A DNA stretch of 63,623 bases, the filler included. It is 4 parts of 4 records of this genome, joined end to end, with 100 filler letters (N's around TTAATTAATTAA, not from the genome) between each part and the next. Parts side by side here need not be neighbours in the genome. Positions count along the whole stretch, not along the records: positions 42,151 to 57,579 come from SRR20825006_2573; positions 57,680 to 63,623 come from SRR20825006_2591; 2 more parts are not named here. One strand, given 5' to 3'. Below, piece by piece: positions 49,383 to 59,014 of this stretch. The position numbers were made by a program, and so were the translations under genes. Numbering within the stretch: position 1 is the first letter of the stretch; every line of letters begins with the position of its first letter. The notes below the pieces were generated by a model that made no database searches, was not told the DNA's origin, and saw only the letters and a list, made by a program, of their open reading frames with translations.

Positions 49383-49417
49383 TTTATCCATCAATTTTAC
49401 GATTTAAACTTAGCTTT

Positions 49418-49443
49418 AAAATCCTCCATTCTGGGGGATTTTT
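49418..49443 (+). terminator. Rho-independent terminator
   Basis: AAAATCCTCCA-TTC-TGGGGGATTTTT followed by further T residues. Confidence 0.7.
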
Positions 49444-49499
49444 CTTTTTCGTAGAATTAAGCAAGATTTTATACATTCGTGATTCAACGAATCAATCCA

Positions 49500-50009
49500 A
49501 TGAAAAAGACGTTTTCTTCCAAAATTGAGCATTTAGACAAGCTAAAAATGCACTACATAACGGTTACGGATTCTGTCTTAACCGAATTCGTTGAAGAAAA
49601 TGAACTTCTTTACAATCAGCGATTTCACGTCACCATAAACGGATTGGTCACTTGGCAAGGCGGAACGGTTTCTCTTGGTGAGAATACCGCGTACATCACC
49701 CTTTCTAAGGCAAGAATGAAAAAGCTAGATGTTCATTTTGGCGATCTCGTTGAAGTAACTTTAGAAAAAGACACGTCGGAATTTGGATTTGATGTCCCAG
49801 AAGAATTTTCAGAAGTACTCAAACAAGATCCTGCGGGAGACAAGCGCTTCAGAGCAATGTCAAAAGGTAAACAACGCGGAATCATCTATCTTGTTTTACA
49901 GATAAAATCAAGTGAGAAACGAATTGAAAAGAGTTTGTTCTTTATTGAAAACCTAAAGCGAGCTCCTCTAGGAAAAGAAACAATGCGTCACCTTCTTGGT
50001 AAGGAATAA
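49500..50009 (+). CDS. DUF1905 / YdeI-OmpD-associated family protein
   Basis: GDLVEVTLEKD..FG..VPEEF..VL.QD and MSKGKQR..I pattern. ATG at 49500 preferred. Confidence 0.7.
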   Translation: MKKTFSSKIEHLDKLKMHYITVTDSVLTEFVEENELLYNQRFHVTINGLVTWQGGTVSLGENTAYITLSKARMKKLDVHFGDLVEVTLEKDTSEFGFDVPEEFSEVLKQDPAGDKRFRAMSKGKQRGIIYLVLQIKSSEKRIEKSLFFIENLKRAPLGKETMRHLLGKE

Positions 50010-50052
50010 CCCAGTGAAATTGGCTATATTTGCGGCTAGCAAAGATAAAATT

Positions 50053-51192
50053 ATGTCAGTCTATCTCGATAATGCGGCAACAACGCCAATTGCTCCTGAA
50101 GTAGTGGAAGCGATGCTCCCTATCCTCAAGGATGGGTTTGGAAATCCTTCTTCAAGTCATTCCTTTGGTCGTGCAACAAAAGCGCTCATTGAAACTTCAA
50201 GACGTTCAATTGCAAAGTATTTGAATTGTCAATCTTCAGAAATTATTTTCACCTCTGGTGGTACCGAAGCGGATAACATGGCGTTGTCTTCAGCTGTGCA
50301 TCTTGGGGGAGTTCAACATATTATTACCTCAAAAATAGAACACCACGCTGTTGGACATACCGCTCTTGCTTTAGAGAAAAACGAAAAAATAAAAGTTTCT
50401 TTCGTTAAAACAGATGAAAAAGGAAATGTAGACTTTGCAGATTTAGAACGCCTCCTTCAATCGGGTGAAAAAGCACTTGTCTCTTTAATGCATGCAAATA
50501 ATGAAATTGCGACGCTGCTTCCAATTAAAAAAGTGAGTGATCTTTGTCGAAAATACGATGCCTTGTTTCACTCCGATACGGTTCAAACAATGGGACACTA
50601 TCATTTTGATTTAGCGGAGCTGGACATTGATTTTATTACCTGCGCTGCGCATAAATTTCATGGTCCGAAAGGAATCGGCTTTCTATATGTCAACAAAAAG
50701 ACAAAAGTAGAGACATTGATTCATGGAGGCGCTCAAGAACGTGGACTGAGAGGAGGAACGGAAAACGTCTACGGAATTGTTGGTTTAGCGAAAGCTATGG
50801 ATCTAGCATACGCAGATTTAGAGAGTCATCAAGAACACGTGCAAGGATTAAAATCTTACATGATCACTGAATTAAAGAACTACTTTGAAGACCTTTCTTT
50901 TCATGGTGAAATCGCCCCTGAAAATTCGCTTTATACTGTTTTGAATGTTTGTTTCCCTCCGACTGAAAAGGCAGGAATGTTATTGTTTACCCTCGATTTA
51001 AAAGGAATTGCTGTTTCGGGTGGTAGTGCTTGTTCATCAGGTGCAGTAACTGGATCTCACGTGCTTTATGGAATAAATGCAGATATGACGAGACCAAATG
51101 TGCGTTTCTCGTTCTCAAGATATACAACAAAAGAAGAAATTGATTTTGCCTTGGAACAAGTGAAAGTCGTTTTCGAAAAAACACTTGCTTAA
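50053..51192 (+). CDS. Cysteine desulfurase (IscS/NifS-like)
   Basis: VYLDNAATTP, FTSGGTEADN, AHKFHGPKG and SGGSACSSG motifs. TATATTTG -7 element at 50025-50032 supports the 50053 start. Confidence 0.93.
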   Translation: MSVYLDNAATTPIAPEVVEAMLPILKDGFGNPSSSHSFGRATKALIETSRRSIAKYLNCQSSEIIFTSGGTEADNMALSSAVHLGGVQHIITSKIEHHAVGHTALALEKNEKIKVSFVKTDEKGNVDFADLERLLQSGEKALVSLMHANNEIATLLPIKKVSDLCRKYDALFHSDTVQTMGHYHFDLAELDIDFITCAAHKFHGPKGIGFLYVNKKTKVETLIHGGAQERGLRGGTENVYGIVGLAKAMDLAYADLESHQEHVQGLKSYMITELKNYFEDLSFHGEIAPENSLYTVLNVCFPPTEKAGMLLFTLDLKGIAVSGGSACSSGAVTGSHVLYGINADMTRPNVRFSFSRYTTKEEIDFALEQVKVVFEKTLA

Positions 51193-51206
51193 TACTAGCG
51201 AACTAG

Positions 51207-52379
51207 ATGAGCGTGAACCAAGAACATCCCTCTTCACCCATCAATGTACTTTTTCTGTGCTCGTGGTTTCCAAATGCGGAACGTCCAACGCTCGGGAATT
51301 TCGTTCAAAAACACGCGGAAGCTGCAGCTCGATTCAATAATGTTCATTCCTTGGCGGTTTTCCCGAAACAAGAGGGAGCAACATTTGACATTGTTCAAAA
51401 CACTCCAACAGAAACAGTGATCTATTATCGCTCTGCTAGAACTGGTTTATTCTCTAAGATTATTAGTCGATTCAGGTACTTGAAAGCGTGCAAACAAGGA
51501 TTTAAAATCGCTCAACAAAAACTCGGAAAAGTTGACCTCGTTCATTTGAATGTTGCACTTCCAATGGGTTTCTTCGCAATTTATTTGAATCGTTTTAAAC
51601 GCATTCCGTTTGTCGTTACCGAACACGCAACGGCTTATGCGAAGGGCGAAAATCAATACTCTAAAAAACTCCTCAATCGCGCGGTTGGGATTCTGCGCAA
51701 AGCCAAACTTCTGTTACCCGTTAGCGAAGATTTGGGAGAAACATTGAAAGAATTCGTTCCTGACGTTCCTCAACGCGTAATTTCAAACGTAGTTAATGAA
51801 GCTATTTTCACTGAGAAAAAACCAAGCGAACGAGTTAAAAAGCGTTTAATTCATATTTCTACAGCCGTTGATCAGCACAAAAATGTTTCTGGAATTCTAG
51901 AAGTAATTGCACGCATTTCTAAACAGCGCGACGACTTTGAATTGTTGATCGTTAGTGATGGAAATCTAACTCAACACATAGCGAAATCAACAGAATTAGG
52001 GATCTATGAAACGTTCGTTCGTTTCGAAAGCACAAAAACGACACAGGAAATTGCCCATTTGCTCCAAGACAGTGATGCGCTCCTTCTTTTTAGTAATTAC
52101 GAAAACTTTCCATGTGTGATTGCAGAATCGTTTATGGTTGGAACTCCCGTGATTAGTACAAATGTGAATGGGATTCCCGAACACGTCAACCCTTCGAATG
52201 GGCGACTCGTTTCTCCGAAAGACCAGGAAGCATTGGCATCTGCAATTCACGAACTGTTGAATGAACCGAATCAATATCCATCCAATAAATTGCGGGAATA
52301 TGCGTTGGAGCATTTCAGTTATGAAGGAGTCGGGAAAAAATTGGATACTGCTTACCGTTCACTTCTGAATCGCTTATGA
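51207..52379 (+). CDS. GT4 glycosyltransferase
   Basis: GNFVQKHA, PFVVTEH and SNYENFPCVIAES...GTPVIST..GIPE motifs. Confidence 0.9.
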   Translation: MSVNQEHPSSPINVLFLCSWFPNAERPTLGNFVQKHAEAAARFNNVHSLAVFPKQEGATFDIVQNTPTETVIYYRSARTGLFSKIISRFRYLKACKQGFKIAQQKLGKVDLVHLNVALPMGFFAIYLNRFKRIPFVVTEHATAYAKGENQYSKKLLNRAVGILRKAKLLLPVSEDLGETLKEFVPDVPQRVISNVVNEAIFTEKKPSERVKKRLIHISTAVDQHKNVSGILEVIARISKQRDDFELLIVSDGNLTQHIAKSTELGIYETFVRFESTKTTQEIAHLLQDSDALLLFSNYENFPCVIAESFMVGTPVISTNVNGIPEHVNPSNGRLVSPKDQEALASAIHELLNEPNQYPSNKLREYALEHFSYEGVGKKLDTAYRSLLNRL

Positions 52380-53629
52380 TGCTCAGAAAAATCATCGAAA
52401 CCATTTTTAGCAAGGGAATTACGGCGATTTCAAATTTTGCGACCGTCATTATTACCTCTGCGTATCTTGGAGCTGCAATTCGCGGTGAGATTGCGCTGCT
52501 GTTGCTTTCGGTGAACATTGTTAATCTCTTTCAAGTCATTCTAGGCGGACCAGCACTTGCCTATTTATCTCCCAATCACTCCATACGCGATTTGGCGGGA
52601 TTGGCCTTTGTTTGGAATATTCTCTTCGGTTTTATAGTGAGTTGGTTGCTGGTGATCCTGAATCTCCTTCCTGCAGAGCTTCTTAATTTTGTGTTGATTA
52701 TCTCAATTCTACAGGGAATTCTTTCCATTATTCAAAACATTTTGATTGGAAAAGAAGAGATTTCAAAGCAGAATATTCTTGAAATTATTCGGGCAGTAAT
52801 TGTGACTAGTTTCATTGTTTTCGCCCTGACTATTCAGAGCTATACCGATGTTAAGTATGTCTATTACGCTTATGTTATTGCGAATTCAGTGGTTGCTATC
52901 ATTGGACTTACATTCTTGATTCCTTACCTCCGATCTGCTGTTAGAGTAGATTCTCTTTCTAGTTTGTTCCGAAAAATGTCACATTTCGGGTTTCAAGTAC
53001 AATTCAACAACATTTCGCAGATCATTAATTACCGATTTGTCTATTATCTCATTGAAAAATGGAAAGGGTTAGAAGCGCTAGGAATCTTTTCCGTTGCAGT
53101 TTCAATTGGAGAAGCGACATGGGTCATTTGCAAAAGCATTGCCACATTCCAAACTTCGAAAATCGTAAATGAGAAAGACCCCAAAAGACAAGTTTCATTG
53201 ACGATTTTAATGTCAAAGCTCAGTATTGTACTTACGATTTTCGCTCTCATCGTGTTGTTTGCACTTCCAACTTCCATGTACGTTTGGATTTTGAGAAGGC
53301 CAGAATTTTCTGACATTAAATTACTTTTAATCTGTTTTTCAGGAGGGATTCTATTCTTGGCAATTTTCACGATCTTTAACCACTTTTTTACAGCGACCAA
53401 TAGGAACATAATTAACATTCGAGCTTCATTGTTTGGAAATTTGGTCACCATTCCAACGGGAATTATTCTCATCCATTGGTATTCGATCTACGGAGGAGCG
53501 TTGACCTATACAATTGTGAATCTCGCAATGCTTGTTTACCTATTTTATCAATTCAGAAAAAGAACTGGAACTCGCTTACACCATTTTGTCCCGAGGAAGG
53601 AAGATTTTCGTATTTTTTCACAACATTAA
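52376..53629 (+). CDS. Wzx-like polysaccharide flippase
   Basis: About 12 TM segments, LGIFSVAVSIGE and LIHWYSIYGGA patterns; ATGA overlap with the GT4 gene. Confidence 0.75.
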   Translation: MMLRKIIETIFSKGITAISNFATVIITSAYLGAAIRGEIALLLLSVNIVNLFQVILGGPALAYLSPNHSIRDLAGLAFVWNILFGFIVSWLLVILNLLPAELLNFVLIISILQGILSIIQNILIGKEEISKQNILEIIRAVIVTSFIVFALTIQSYTDVKYVYYAYVIANSVVAIIGLTFLIPYLRSAVRVDSLSSLFRKMSHFGFQVQFNNISQIINYRFVYYLIEKWKGLEALGIFSVAVSIGEATWVICKSIATFQTSKIVNEKDPKRQVSLTILMSKLSIVLTIFALIVLFALPTSMYVWILRRPEFSDIKLLLICFSGGILFLAIFTIFNHFFTATNRNIINIRASLFGNLVTIPTGIILIHWYSIYGGALTYTIVNLAMLVYLFYQFRKRTGTRLHHFVPRKEDFRIFSQH

Positions 53630-53641
53630 CCAAAGAAAAGC

Positions 53642-54949
53642 TTGGAAAACCAATTCAATAAACAGCGAAAGTTAGACATCGTCATCCTACTTTTAGGAGG
53701 TCTACTTCCTATCATTGTACGATTTGCGTTTCCTGAAACCTATCATCATTTTGACGTTCATACCTTTGTTGAATGGGGAATGTATCACGACAATCTCAGC
53801 GATTTATACCTGACAGATTGTTACTGCAACTATCCATATTTGGGAATGCTTTTATCGACTGGGATTTTGCGCTTATTCAATGATTCCATCTTCGCTTTCT
53901 TGAGTCTGTTGGCCATTGTCGACTTCATCAATGTATACTTGATTTATCGAATACTCAAAACACTTACCATTCAGCGTGCTGCATTATTTGCTGGAATGAT
54001 AGGCTTGCTTCCCGCCATTTGGATCGGAGGCGGTTTTTGGGGACAAATAGATTCCATTGGGCAAACTCTTCTCCTAGGTTTTATCTGGCTTATTATTCGA
54101 CACAAGCAACTAAACAAGTACAACGCGCTCGTTTTTGCGGTTTATGGAGTGTTTTTCTCCCTAGGTTTACTCACAAAGCAGTTATTACTTTTCCCATTGG
54201 CTCCAATAGGGATTTATGTCCTTTTTAGTGCATTTCGAATTACAACATCTGTAAAAAGCGGAATTTGGCTTCTAATTATTGCCTTTATCGCCTTTTTGAT
54301 TCCTATTCTCATCGTAGACCTTTCCATTTCAGTTCCAGATCGATTTATGTTTTCGCACCTAGAGCGTGTATTCTTTGAAGGAAGCGATCACATGAATGAA
54401 ATTTCCGGGAATGGGTTTAATATTTGGATGTTCTTTTACAATGAAATGGGAGCATCATCCGAGCATCGATTGTTCTTCCTTTCACCGAAGAATATAGGAT
54501 TACTTCTTTTTGTTGGACTCTTTCTTTGGTTGAGCTATAAACACTTGCAATTCCATATTAAAAAGATGAATCGACAAATGATCTTAGTGAGTCTGCTCTT
54601 CTTCTTCTTACTCACAAACCTTGGGTTTAATCTATTCTTGACGGGCACACACGAACGATACTTGTATCACTTCTATCCGTTCTTAGCAATTACATTACTT
54701 TTTGCAAGTCGACTTCACCTGAATTTTGTACAAAAAATCGACTTCATTCTTCTTTTGATTGGAGGTATTATTTACGGTATTTTCGTTTGGGGAATTCTCC
54801 GCCAGTACCATCATTCTATGAGTTTCTTTCAAAGCCTGTTCGCTCACCGAATTCTCGCAGGATTCCATTTAATCTTATTTGCTAGATTGATTTATCAATT
54901 CATTCAAATCCATAAACTAACGAATCCCCAAAAGCACACTAATGACTAA
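53642..54949 (+). CDS. Polytopic membrane glycosyltransferase (GT-C fold candidate)
   Basis: FDVHTF..W, CNYPY, WGQIDS, TKQ, NGFNIW and HERYLY motifs; many TM segments; TTG start. Confidence 0.7.
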   Translation: MENQFNKQRKLDIVILLLGGLLPIIVRFAFPETYHHFDVHTFVEWGMYHDNLSDLYLTDCYCNYPYLGMLLSTGILRLFNDSIFAFLSLLAIVDFINVYLIYRILKTLTIQRAALFAGMIGLLPAIWIGGGFWGQIDSIGQTLLLGFIWLIIRHKQLNKYNALVFAVYGVFFSLGLLTKQLLLFPLAPIGIYVLFSAFRITTSVKSGIWLLIIAFIAFLIPILIVDLSISVPDRFMFSHLERVFFEGSDHMNEISGNGFNIWMFFYNEMGASSEHRLFFLSPKNIGLLLFVGLFLWLSYKHLQFHIKKMNRQMILVSLLFFFLLTNLGFNLFLTGTHERYLYHFYPFLAITLLFASRLHLNFVQKIDFILLLIGGIIYGIFVWGILRQYHHSMSFFQSLFAHRILAGFHLILFARLIYQFIQIHKLTNPQKHTND

Positions 54950-55388
54950 ACTTCAAGTCCACAGTGCGGCTGTACGTGAAATTGAGAAAAGACTTTCCAG
55001 TCTAAGTGAAACACTTATCGACACGACCTCTTCCATGCAAAACGAGACAAAAAGTTCTGCAGGAGATAAACACGAAACAGCCAGGGCAATGGCACAGTTA
55101 GAGCAAGAAAAATTAGGAAATCAAATTCAAGTCACCAAGACTCTTTTTAGCGCGCTAGATAAAATAGATCCAACCGATAATCATGATTCAATTCAATTCG
55201 GAAGTTTGGCTCAAATAGATGAACAGTGGTACTATTTTTCGACGGGAATAGGGAAAATTTCAGTTCGAGATGAGTTTGTATTTTGTTTGTCTATTGTCAC
55301 ACCCATCGGCAAACAATTTGCAGGAAAAAAAATAGGAGATCGTGTCGATTTCAACGGTAAAACTTCAGTGATTAACGCTCTGAAATAG
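54942..55388 (+). CDS. GreA/GreB-related protein
   Basis: ETKSSAGDKHETARAMAQLE, IQFGSL and SIVTPIG...GKKIGD motifs. Confidence 0.75.
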   Translation: MTKLQVHSAAVREIEKRLSSLSETLIDTTSSMQNETKSSAGDKHETARAMAQLEQEKLGNQIQVTKTLFSALDKIDPTDNHDSIQFGSLAQIDEQWYYFSTGIGKISVRDEFVFCLSIVTPIGKQFAGKKIGDRVDFNGKTSVINALK

Positions 55389-55546
55389 CAATTGAACACC
55401 TCTAGATTCGGCTCCGCTTACTCCTCGGAGTGCGAATTTTCAAGAAATCGGTAGACCACGATCAATTTAATTGCAGAACTTCTGTTGTTAACGCTCCGAG
55501 ATAATAACTGAGCACATCTGGGTTCGGCTCCTCTCTCCCTTCGGAG
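55361..55546 (+). repeat. Degenerate tandem direct duplication (period 116 bp) including the 3' end of the GreA-like gene
   Basis: 55361-55430 versus 55477-55546 align without gaps at 53/70 identities (manual count). Confidence 0.8.
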
Positions 55547-55647
55547 GTAAAAAATATTTCAATAACCGATTTTCAAGTCAACTTTTTGATTAAATTATTA
55601 TAAAGGAAATTGTCCTAACCTAAAAAATTTAAAAAAAAATTGAAAAT

Positions 55648-55669
55648 ATGTTTCTATATATGGAAACAT
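55648..55669. promoter_or_regulatory. Probable antitoxin operator palindrome next to the promoter
   Basis: ATGTTTCtATATATgGAAACAT has one mismatched pair. TACCTTTG -7 element follows at 55674-55681. Confidence 0.75.
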
Positions 55670-55694
55670 GTTGTACCTTTGAAACCGAAACCAC

Positions 55695-56027
55695 ATGAAA
55701 ACAAAATTTGACGTAGTCTTTTTAGCAGATGCAGAAACATTTATAGACCGACTAGACAACAACACACGGAGGAAAGTTATTTACAATATTGACAAATCCA
55801 GATACTACAATGATCCCAAACTATTCAAAAAGCTAAACTCAGAAATTTGGGAATTCAGGACTAAATACAATGGGCAACATTACCGCTTGTTTGCATTTTG
55901 GGATAAACGAGATACAGAAGGAACCCTTGTAATTACGACACATGGAATCGTTAAGAAATTTAGTAAAGTACCCAAAAGTGAAATAGAAAGAGCGCAGATA
56001 CAAATGATGGAATACCTTAAAACATAA
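55695..56027 (+). CDS. RelE/ParE-superfamily toxin (HigB/Gp49-like)
   Basis: FKKLNSEIWEFR, YRLFAFW and THGIVKK..KVP..EIERA motifs. Confidence 0.85.
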   Translation: MKTKFDVVFLADAETFIDRLDNNTRRKVIYNIDKSRYYNDPKLFKKLNSEIWEFRTKYNGQHYRLFAFWDKRDTEGTLVITTHGIVKKFSKVPKSEIERAQIQMMEYLKT

Positions 56028-56032
56028 GTAAG

Positions 56033-56338
56033 ATGAAAGCAACACAAAAAAAAGGAGTGTCACTCGATGCGCTCAAAGACAAATACATCGGGGAAGTAGG
56101 CACAAAAGAACGAGATCACTACGAATTCGTACTTCGACTTGATTTAGTTGGAGAGATGATCAAGAAAACACGTTTAGAGCGCAAACTCACGCAAGAACAA
56201 TTAGGTAAACTTATTGGCGTTCAAAGAGCACAAATTTCCAAGTTGGAGAAAAACGCTCAAAACGTCACGATAGAAACTATTTTGCGTGTGTTTGACGCGC
56301 TCGAAGCAACCGTAAAGTTTAGAGTTGAATTACGTTAA
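56033..56338 (+). CDS. XRE/HTH antitoxin (HigA-like)
   Basis: LTQEQLGKLIGVQRAQISKLE HTH; starts 5 nt downstream of the toxin. Confidence 0.88.
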   Translation: MKATQKKGVSLDALKDKYIGEVGTKERDHYEFVLRLDLVGEMIKKTRLERKLTQEQLGKLIGVQRAQISKLEKNAQNVTIETILRVFDALEATVKFRVELR

Positions 56339-56340
56339 CT

Positions 56341-57057
56341 CTAGGACAGATCAAATAAGTTATTGACTCCTAAATAACGTTCAACGGTGAATCCTTCTGC
56401 GTGTTCCGCACCTATTGGTCGTCCGAATTCCTTCATTCTCCCTTCGATGAACACAAAAAAATCATCTCCTGAGATAGGCGTTTTTGGCTCGGAAGAATTT
56501 GGGTCATAAAACTGCGTTTTGAATGCTTTAATCACTTCGATTTTTCTCTCAAAATATCCAGAAACATCCACTACAAAATCAGGTTTGATATAGTAATCTT
56601 GAATATAGTGATATACCGCTTTTGGACGATACGCTTCTTGTTTCACCCCATCAAACTCTGTCTCAATCATTCTTAAACCTGACAGATAGCACGCCTCAGA
56701 AACTAACTTGCTTCCTCGACCATGATCAGGATGACGATCTGAAACCGCATTTATTAACACAATCTCAGGTTTAAACCGTCGAACTTGAGCAATAATTAAA
56801 CGTTTATTCTCCTCTGTGATTTCAAAGAAACCATCTGACATTTTCAAGTTAACTCTTGCGGAAAGCCCCATCAATCGACTTGCCTCAGCAGCCTCTTCAT
56901 AACGCGTTTCAATGGTGCCACGTGAGCCCAATTCGCCCTGCGTAAGGTCAACGATTCCAACTTTCTTTCCTTCATCAACGTGCTTCATGATTGTTCCTGA
57001 AGCGGAAAGTTCAACATCGTCTGGATGTGCAGCAAAAGCTAAAATATCGAGTTTCAT
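56341..57057 (-). CDS. bshB1: Bacillithiol biosynthesis deacetylase BshB1 (PIG-L family)
   Basis: AHPDDVEL, DLTQGELGSRG, R.EEA, DRHPDH and PDFVVD motifs. Confidence 0.88.
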   Translation of the reverse strand: MKLDILAFAAHPDDVELSASGTIMKHVDEGKKVGIVDLTQGELGSRGTIETRYEEAAEASRLMGLSARVNLKMSDGFFEITEENKRLIIAQVRRFKPEIVLINAVSDRHPDHGRGSKLVSEACYLSGLRMIETEFDGVKQEAYRPKAVYHYIQDYYIKPDFVVDVSGYFERKIEVIKAFKTQFYDPNSSEPKTPISGDDFFVFIEGRMKEFGRPIGAEHAEGFTVERYLGVNNLFDLS

Positions 57058-57579
57058 AGTTGTTCTTTAGGTGATTGATTTTTCCCTTTTCTCAACTGAG
57101 CGTATAAAAACATCAGAACATTGGTAATCAGCACGATCATCATCACTTTACCAAGGAATGCAAATCCAACACTGGACGAAGTCAATCCTAGGAGAAGAGC
57201 AACTAACACTGTTAAAAGAGTTACTCCAAAGATGATGACAATCTTTTTTAAGAAGTCATTCATAGGAATTGCGGCATTTCCAGAAGAGAAAAGCTTATTT
57301 CGAATTGCAGCAAATTCAGTGAAGAAATACGCTCCAACAATGAACCAAATTACCCAGCTTGGAATCGCTCCAAGTCCTTCTCCCTGTGCGTAGGAGTGTA
57401 ATCCAACGAGGTAGAAATTAACTCCGAAGAAAGTGAATATAATTGAGGCATATCCCCAAAAGGCAACCACGTTGAATGTAAATTTGCTTTTCAACTTCGG
57501 TATAAATCTAAGGTGCAAAATTACCGCGTACACAAGCACTGCAACCAACGCCCATGTTTCTTTTGGATCCCATCCCCAA
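57054..57579 (-). CDS. ccsA: Cytochrome c biogenesis protein CcsA/ResC, C-terminal fragment
   Basis: Reading from the contig end gives WGWDPKETWALV (WWD motif), HLR and FGVNFYLVGLHSYA. Confidence 0.9.
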
Positions 57580-57679
57580 NNNNNNNNNNNNNNNNNNNNN
57601 NNNNNNNNNNNNNNNNNNNNNNNTTAATTAATTAANNNNNNNNNNNNNNNNNNNNNNNNNNNNNNNNNNNNNNNNNNNN
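57580..57679. other. Artificial contig linker
   Basis: Same 44N-TTAATTAATTAA-44N spacer. Confidence 0.97.
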
Positions 57680-58075
57680 TCCATTGGTGATTACACTTGC
57701 TTTAAAGCTACCCGTATCGAGGAGGTAAACAGTCAGACATTTTCTTCAGAAAGTATGAAAACGGTAGACACTTCTTTTACTAAAATCGTGACGGTATGGT
57801 ACACGCCGCAAATCCCTGTGAGCCACGGACCCGGGATGAATTGGGGATTGCCGGGCTTAATTTTAGAGGTGCAAGACGGAGATCAAACAATTTTATGCAG
57901 TCAGATCGTGCTCAATCCCGAAGAAAAAATCGAGATCAAAGCTCCTGAAACTGGTAAAGTAGTAGGCGAAGCCGAGATGAAAACCATTCAGGATGAGAAG
58001 ATGAAAGAGTGGATTGAGCGTAACAGCAGCACTCGGGAAGATGGTAAAAGCTTTACCATAAAAATAGGTGGATAA
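57680..58075 (+). CDS. GLPGLI-family protein, 5'-truncated
   Basis: Frame open from 57680 (SIGDYTCFKAT); WYTPQIPVSHGP..WGLPGLILEV. Confidence 0.9.
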   Translation, partial: SIGDYTCFKATRIEEVNSQTFSSESMKTVDTSFTKIVTVWYTPQIPVSHGPGMNWGLPGLILEVQDGDQTILCSQIVLNPEEKIEIKAPETGKVVGEAEMKTIQDEKMKEWIERNSSTREDGKSFTIKIGG

Positions 58076-58139
58076 AATCTTTTAGGCCGTTAAACCTTTG
58101 AAGCGCAGAGAAGTCAAAAAGCGATAAACTATTTGACTT

Positions 58140-58976
58140 ATGAAACTTCAATCTTTATTTCTGGCTTTGGCGCTAGCTTTAATGACTAGTGCGATTAATG
58201 CGCAACAATTTGACGGAGGGGTAGCTACTTACCAATCTAAAACATCTTTTGATTTTGAAAACTTTGGTGGTCGCGAGATGAGCGAGCAAATGAAAAAGCA
58301 ATTTGCCGAGCGCATGAAAAGCCGTCTGGAAAAAACCTTCACGCTTACGTTTACTAAAGACGAGTCTATTTACGAGGAAGAAGAAAAACTTGAAGCGCCC
58401 GGAGCCGGTGGTGGTATGCGTTTTATGGGTGGTGGTTTTGCACAAGGCGGAATCTATAAAAACATTGCTGAAGACACCTATGCGCGTGAAAACGACTTGA
58501 TGGGCAAATCTTTTCTGGTAAAAGATACGTTAAACAAGCTAGATTGGAAGTTAGAGAAAGAGAGCAAAATGATTGGCCAGTATGCGGCTTTTAAGGCGAC
58601 CGCTGTACGTAAAATAGAAACCAGTCCTTTTGAAGCTATGCGTCCGCCGCGTCCCGGTGCTGAGGCAGATACCACTGCAACCTCTCCAAAAGAAGAAGTG
58701 ATCACTGCCTGGTACACGCCGCAAATTCCCGTAAGTCAAGGTCCTGATGAATATTGGGGACTTCCCGGATTAATTCTTGAAGTGAGTGCTGGTCGCACGG
58801 TGATCTTATGCAACAAAATCGTGATCAATCCTAAAGAAGGTCTTGCTATTGAAAAGCCTAAAAAAGGCGATGAAGTTTCTCGTGAAGAATATCAAGAAAT
58901 AGTTGTCGAGAAAACTAAAGAAATGGCAGAGCGCTTTGGCAACGGCAGACGTCGTGGTCCCGGTGGTCGCGGATAA
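58140..58976 (+). CDS. GLPGLI-family exported protein
   Basis: Signal peptide; WKLEKESKMIG and AWYTPQIPVSQGP..WGLPGLILEV motifs. Confidence 0.92.
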   Translation: MKLQSLFLALALALMTSAINAQQFDGGVATYQSKTSFDFENFGGREMSEQMKKQFAERMKSRLEKTFTLTFTKDESIYEEEEKLEAPGAGGGMRFMGGGFAQGGIYKNIAEDTYARENDLMGKSFLVKDTLNKLDWKLEKESKMIGQYAAFKATAVRKIETSPFEAMRPPRPGAEADTTATSPKEEVITAWYTPQIPVSQGPDEYWGLPGLILEVSAGRTVILCNKIVINPKEGLAIEKPKKGDEVSREEYQEIVVEKTKEMAERFGNGRRRGPGGRG

Positions 58977-59014
58977 AAACCCAAACTTCAACCTAAAAAC
59001 AACAACTAACCTTT

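Noticed and set aside
55361-55546. CRISPR array
   Set aside because: Only two degenerate copies, no unique-spacer pattern and no cas genes.
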